64,000 bases of DNA from Stegostoma tigrinum (lineage: Eukaryota). Location: positions 23,643,754-23,707,753 of the forward strand of contig NC_081369.1 of NCBI RefSeq assembly GCF_030684315.1, given 5' to 3'. The translations under genes were made by a program, and so were the position numbers. This document shows, piece by piece, positions 60,783 through 64,000 of the stretch. Numbering within the stretch: position 1 is the stretch's first letter; each line of letters starts with the position of its first letter. Under the pieces are notes generated by a model. The model saw only the letters and a list, made by a program, of their open reading frames with translations. It was not told where the DNA came from and did not search any database.

Positions 60783-61050
60783 AGAAAGATTCACCTAGAT
60801 TGGCTCAACATTTTTCATTAGAAAGTGGCTGTCTGAGTGAAGTCCTGAGGTTTCTCAGGAAGCTTTAGGGACTATCAAAGGAGCCAAGGCCACCTTGCAT
60901 GCTGACCAGGAAGTAATTTCATGATTCTGCCCAGTGTTGTTTGTTTTGCATGCAAATGTAAAGGAAGAAACTAGGAGGCTCGAAAGCAAATGAGTCATCA
61001 AACCAGTCCAGCTTGCGGAATAGGCAGCACTGGTTGTAGCAATTGTGAAG

Positions 61051-61124
61051 TCTCTAGGCCCGAAACTGCTCCTCTGATGCTGATTGACCTGCTGTGCTCA
61101 TCCAGCTCTATCCCTTGTTATCTC
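61051..61124 (+). mobile_element. 74-bp PLE terminal fragment inside the Gypsy RT
   Basis: TCTAGGCCCGAAACTGCTCCTCTGATGCTG...CATCCAGCTCTA; TSD GTGAAG at 61045-61050 and 61125-61130; removing it restores IVKATESVCLCGDFK. Confidence 0.75.
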
Positions 61125-63914
61125 GTGAAGGCCACTGAATCAGTTTGCCTTTGTGGGGATTTTAAATAAATGGTAAACCATTTCACACAGCTGGATGAAT
61201 ACCCAATCATTTGCATCGAAGACTTACATGCAAATCTGTGGTGGGGTGTGGGAGTCACTGTACTTCATGAAGCTGGACATGAGCCATATATGCCTGCAAT
61301 TGCAGTTAGATGAGGATTACCAGAAATATGCTATAATTAATACCTACAAGAATTTGTACCAATATACCAGACTGCCATTTTGGATATCATCAGTTTGTGC
61401 TATTTTTCAACCGACCATGGAGAATATACTACAAAGTCTACCCCGGTTCACCATTTATGTGGACGACGTGCTAATAGCAGGGAAAATCAATAAAGAACAC
61501 TTAAAGAACATGAACATAGTCTTTAGCTGTTTGTTCAAGGTAGTGAGTATGCCTTAGAAGGGGGGATGTGTGTTCCAGCAAGATACCTTCTCGGGCTACA
61601 GAATTGACAAGACTGGATTAGAGCCTTTGGAAGATAAAGTGGAGATGATGAAAGGTGTCTTGGCTCCCATGTCTGTACTGGAACTTAGGTTTTTCCTTGG
61701 ATTGATGAATTATTACAGAAAGCTCATTAGTAACCTGGCCTCCATCCTAGCACCCTCACATCAGAAATTGAAGCAGTGAACATCATTGAAGTTGTTGGCG
61801 CACTATGTTCCAAGCAAGATCTCATGCCAACATGCGTTGCCTCCCCATACGGTATCAGGGTACTGTTAGCTCACAGATGGCCCAATGGAGAGGAACCCGA
61901 ATAGCATATGCTTGCCAGACTTTGGCTGATGCAGAGCACAAATACACCCAGATAGAGAAGTAAGGTTTGGCAATTGTCTTTGGTGTGAAAAAATTCCACC
62001 AATGCCTTTATGGATGTAAATTTGTAATAATAACAAACCACAAACCCATGTCAAGGCTACTCAAAGAGGACAAGGCCGTGCTGCCCATAGCTTCAGATCG
62101 AATTCATTGGTGCGCTCTCATTCTAAGTGCTTAGAATTACAAGTTGGAACACTGTCCGGAAGGCCATGTAGCAAATCTGGATGCCAGGAGCCGCCTCCCA
62201 CTGGTAGATCCACCACCAACTGTCCCGCCATTAGGAGAGTCTGTTCAGATTTTAGATTTTCTGGATACTCTTCCAGTCACCGTTCTCAAAATTAGACTGT
62301 GGATGCAAAAACAGTCAGTCCTGGCGAAACTAACCCAGCTGATGGCGATGGGGGAAACAAAAGGGCCATCACAACCAGAATTGAAACTTTCCTAGGCCCA
62401 GTAAGACCAGATCACTGAGGAGGACAACATTTTATTATGGAGAGCAAGAGTGATTGTCCCAAGCAAAGGTTGCTACAGGATAGTGGCTAAAATCCACTCA
62501 GATCACCGGGCTGTGCAAAATGAAGATGTTGGTGAGAAGTTATGTTTGGTGGCCAGGATTGGATGCAGACATAGCCCTGTTGGTGAGGAAGTGCCCAGAG
62601 CGACAACAAGAACAAAAGTTACTGCCAGCAGCTCCCCCAAATTCATGGGAATGACTGGGTAAATCATGTACTCAATAAGATGTTGATAATGCAAGCCTTT
62701 TCATGGGCTCAGTGTTCTCATTAATTGTGGCTACCTACTCAAAGTGGTTGCATTGCACAGAATTCATTTGTCAGACATAGGGATAACAATGGAATAGTTA
62801 TAAGCATCTCGGAATGCTTGGTCATATACAGCAGGCCATCACACACCAGCAGGGAATTCAAGTATTTCCTGAAGTTGAATGGCATTCGCCATGTAAGAAC
62901 AGCTCCATACCATCCATCGTCCAATGGTCTGACAGAAAGAGCATCCAGACTTTGAAGGGAGGCCTAAAGAAGCAGTCCACAACTTCACTCGATACCAGAC
63001 TGTCCCGGTTCCTCTTTGATTACGGAACCATCCCACAAGCAACTACAGGGATAGCTCCAGCAGAGTTGCTAATGGGGAGAAGATTCCGCACCAGGTTAAA
63101 TCTGACCTTCCTGGACCCGGGTGGGAGGATGTAATGGCATCAGGGACGCCAATGTCAGACACAATGCTCCTCTAACCAGGAAAGACAGTTTACTTTGGGG
63201 GCGAAATTTGGTGCCAAAATCACGGATATGGCCCTGCACGGGTAAGAGGCATGGTCAACATGGGTCCAGCGATGTACAAAGCTCAGGTAGGTGAGGCGGC
63301 CCCGAACAAGCATGTGGAGCACATGAAAGCTGCAAGCTCAAAAATGGGGCAGGAGCAAAGCATACCTGGCTCCCCAGAACAAGCTGTCAGAACCCTTGGG
63401 TTCTTCCCAGTCCATCTAGCGATGAAGAAGCCTCAGATTCTAAAATGGGCTGTGTCACAGCCTCAGTGCCTTTACCACCTGAAGAACAGGATGAATTTCT
63501 TCAATATGTTTTGGGCGCAAGAGGTGAAAATGCCCCAGGAGATTGAATTGAATTGAATCATTTATTGACACGTGCATTCAACCTAAAAATACAGTGAAAA
63601 ATGTGTACCTTCCCTGTACGTACATGGTACATACATTCACATTAACTTAGAATAAGATAAGAAAAAAATGATAACAAGAGAATCCAACTTTCCTTTCCAT
63701 TGCCACAGTCCCACTCAGGGCTTTCCAGCCCTCGCCATGTCGCTGCCAGCACCCCTACAGAGGGAGAGAGAGGAAGGGAGGTTAAAAAAAGGGAAAGGAT
63801 AAAGAAAGAAAGAGAACTGGCAAGCAGAGTAGTCTTTAAAATGCCACTAAGACCTTTTTAAAAAATTGGAAGCTTTGCTGAAGGACAAATGATTGTAAGG
63901 TAGGACTCTGTTTA

Positions 63915-64000
63915 ATTCATTCATGGGTTTTGAGTATCACTCGCAAAGTTAGTGTTTATTGTCCATTCCTGGTGGTGGTGGTGGTGAAGTACCATTTTGA
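63915..64000 (-). mobile_element. 3' tail of the Crack/CR1-group LINE or its partner SINE
   Basis: ATTCATTCATGGG...TATCACT...GTTTATTGTCCATTCCT resembles 15580-15645. Confidence 0.4.

Larger units (their letters stand above)
55071..63500 (+). mobile_element. Decayed Ty3/Gypsy LTR retrotransposon (partial 5' LTR, gag, PR, RT, RNase H, IN) hosting four younger insertions
   Basis: LTR-like end with AATAAA 55133 and PBS-like CGGCAACGAG 55184; gag (KLDLFDP..ED*AQ...; SRLRRLAEACNF..LRDCLVCG); protease IKINVWLNGHPV...SAAVSVI; RT KLDMS..LQ..L..YQYTRLPF..YVDD; RNase H YTQIEK*GLAIVFGVKKFH; integrase GIRHVRTAPYHPSSNGLTER. No 3' LTR recognised, so the right end is approximate. Confidence 0.85.

Noticed and set aside
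1-64000. CRISPR arrays, rRNA, genuine tRNA genes or prokaryotic operons
   Set aside because: None seen. The DNA is vertebrate, and the tRNA-like boxes belong to decayed SINE heads.

Overview
Vertebrate genomic DNA, most likely from a cartilaginous fish (shark). This is inferred from HE1/V-SINE, Deu-domain SINEs, shark-type CR1 LINEs and Penelope repeats. The only host gene is a complete 4-exon Iroquois homeobox gene, Irx3 (+ strand, CDS 40375-43178, 451 aa by my splice reconstruction). It sits in a roughly 16 kb CpG-retaining, almost transposon-free domain with candidate conserved non-coding elements. The flanks are retroelement-rich: several CR1 LINEs (one nearly full length with an esterase ORF1), Crack/L2/RTE relics, two decayed Gypsy LTR elements, SINEs and a foldback element. 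The most striking non-coding signal is nine Penelope-like element (PLE) insertions from two clades, each bounded by a readable target-site duplication and five of them palindromic. Their terminal repeats carry minimal type I hammerhead ribozyme cores (CUGANGA-N-stem II-GAAA-CG-UC). Most cores have substitutions consistent with CpG decay. The only fully intact core (46265-46292) lies on the Irx3 sense strand about 2.8 kb past its poly(A) signal, inside the CpG-retaining domain. All calls were made by eye; no searches were run.
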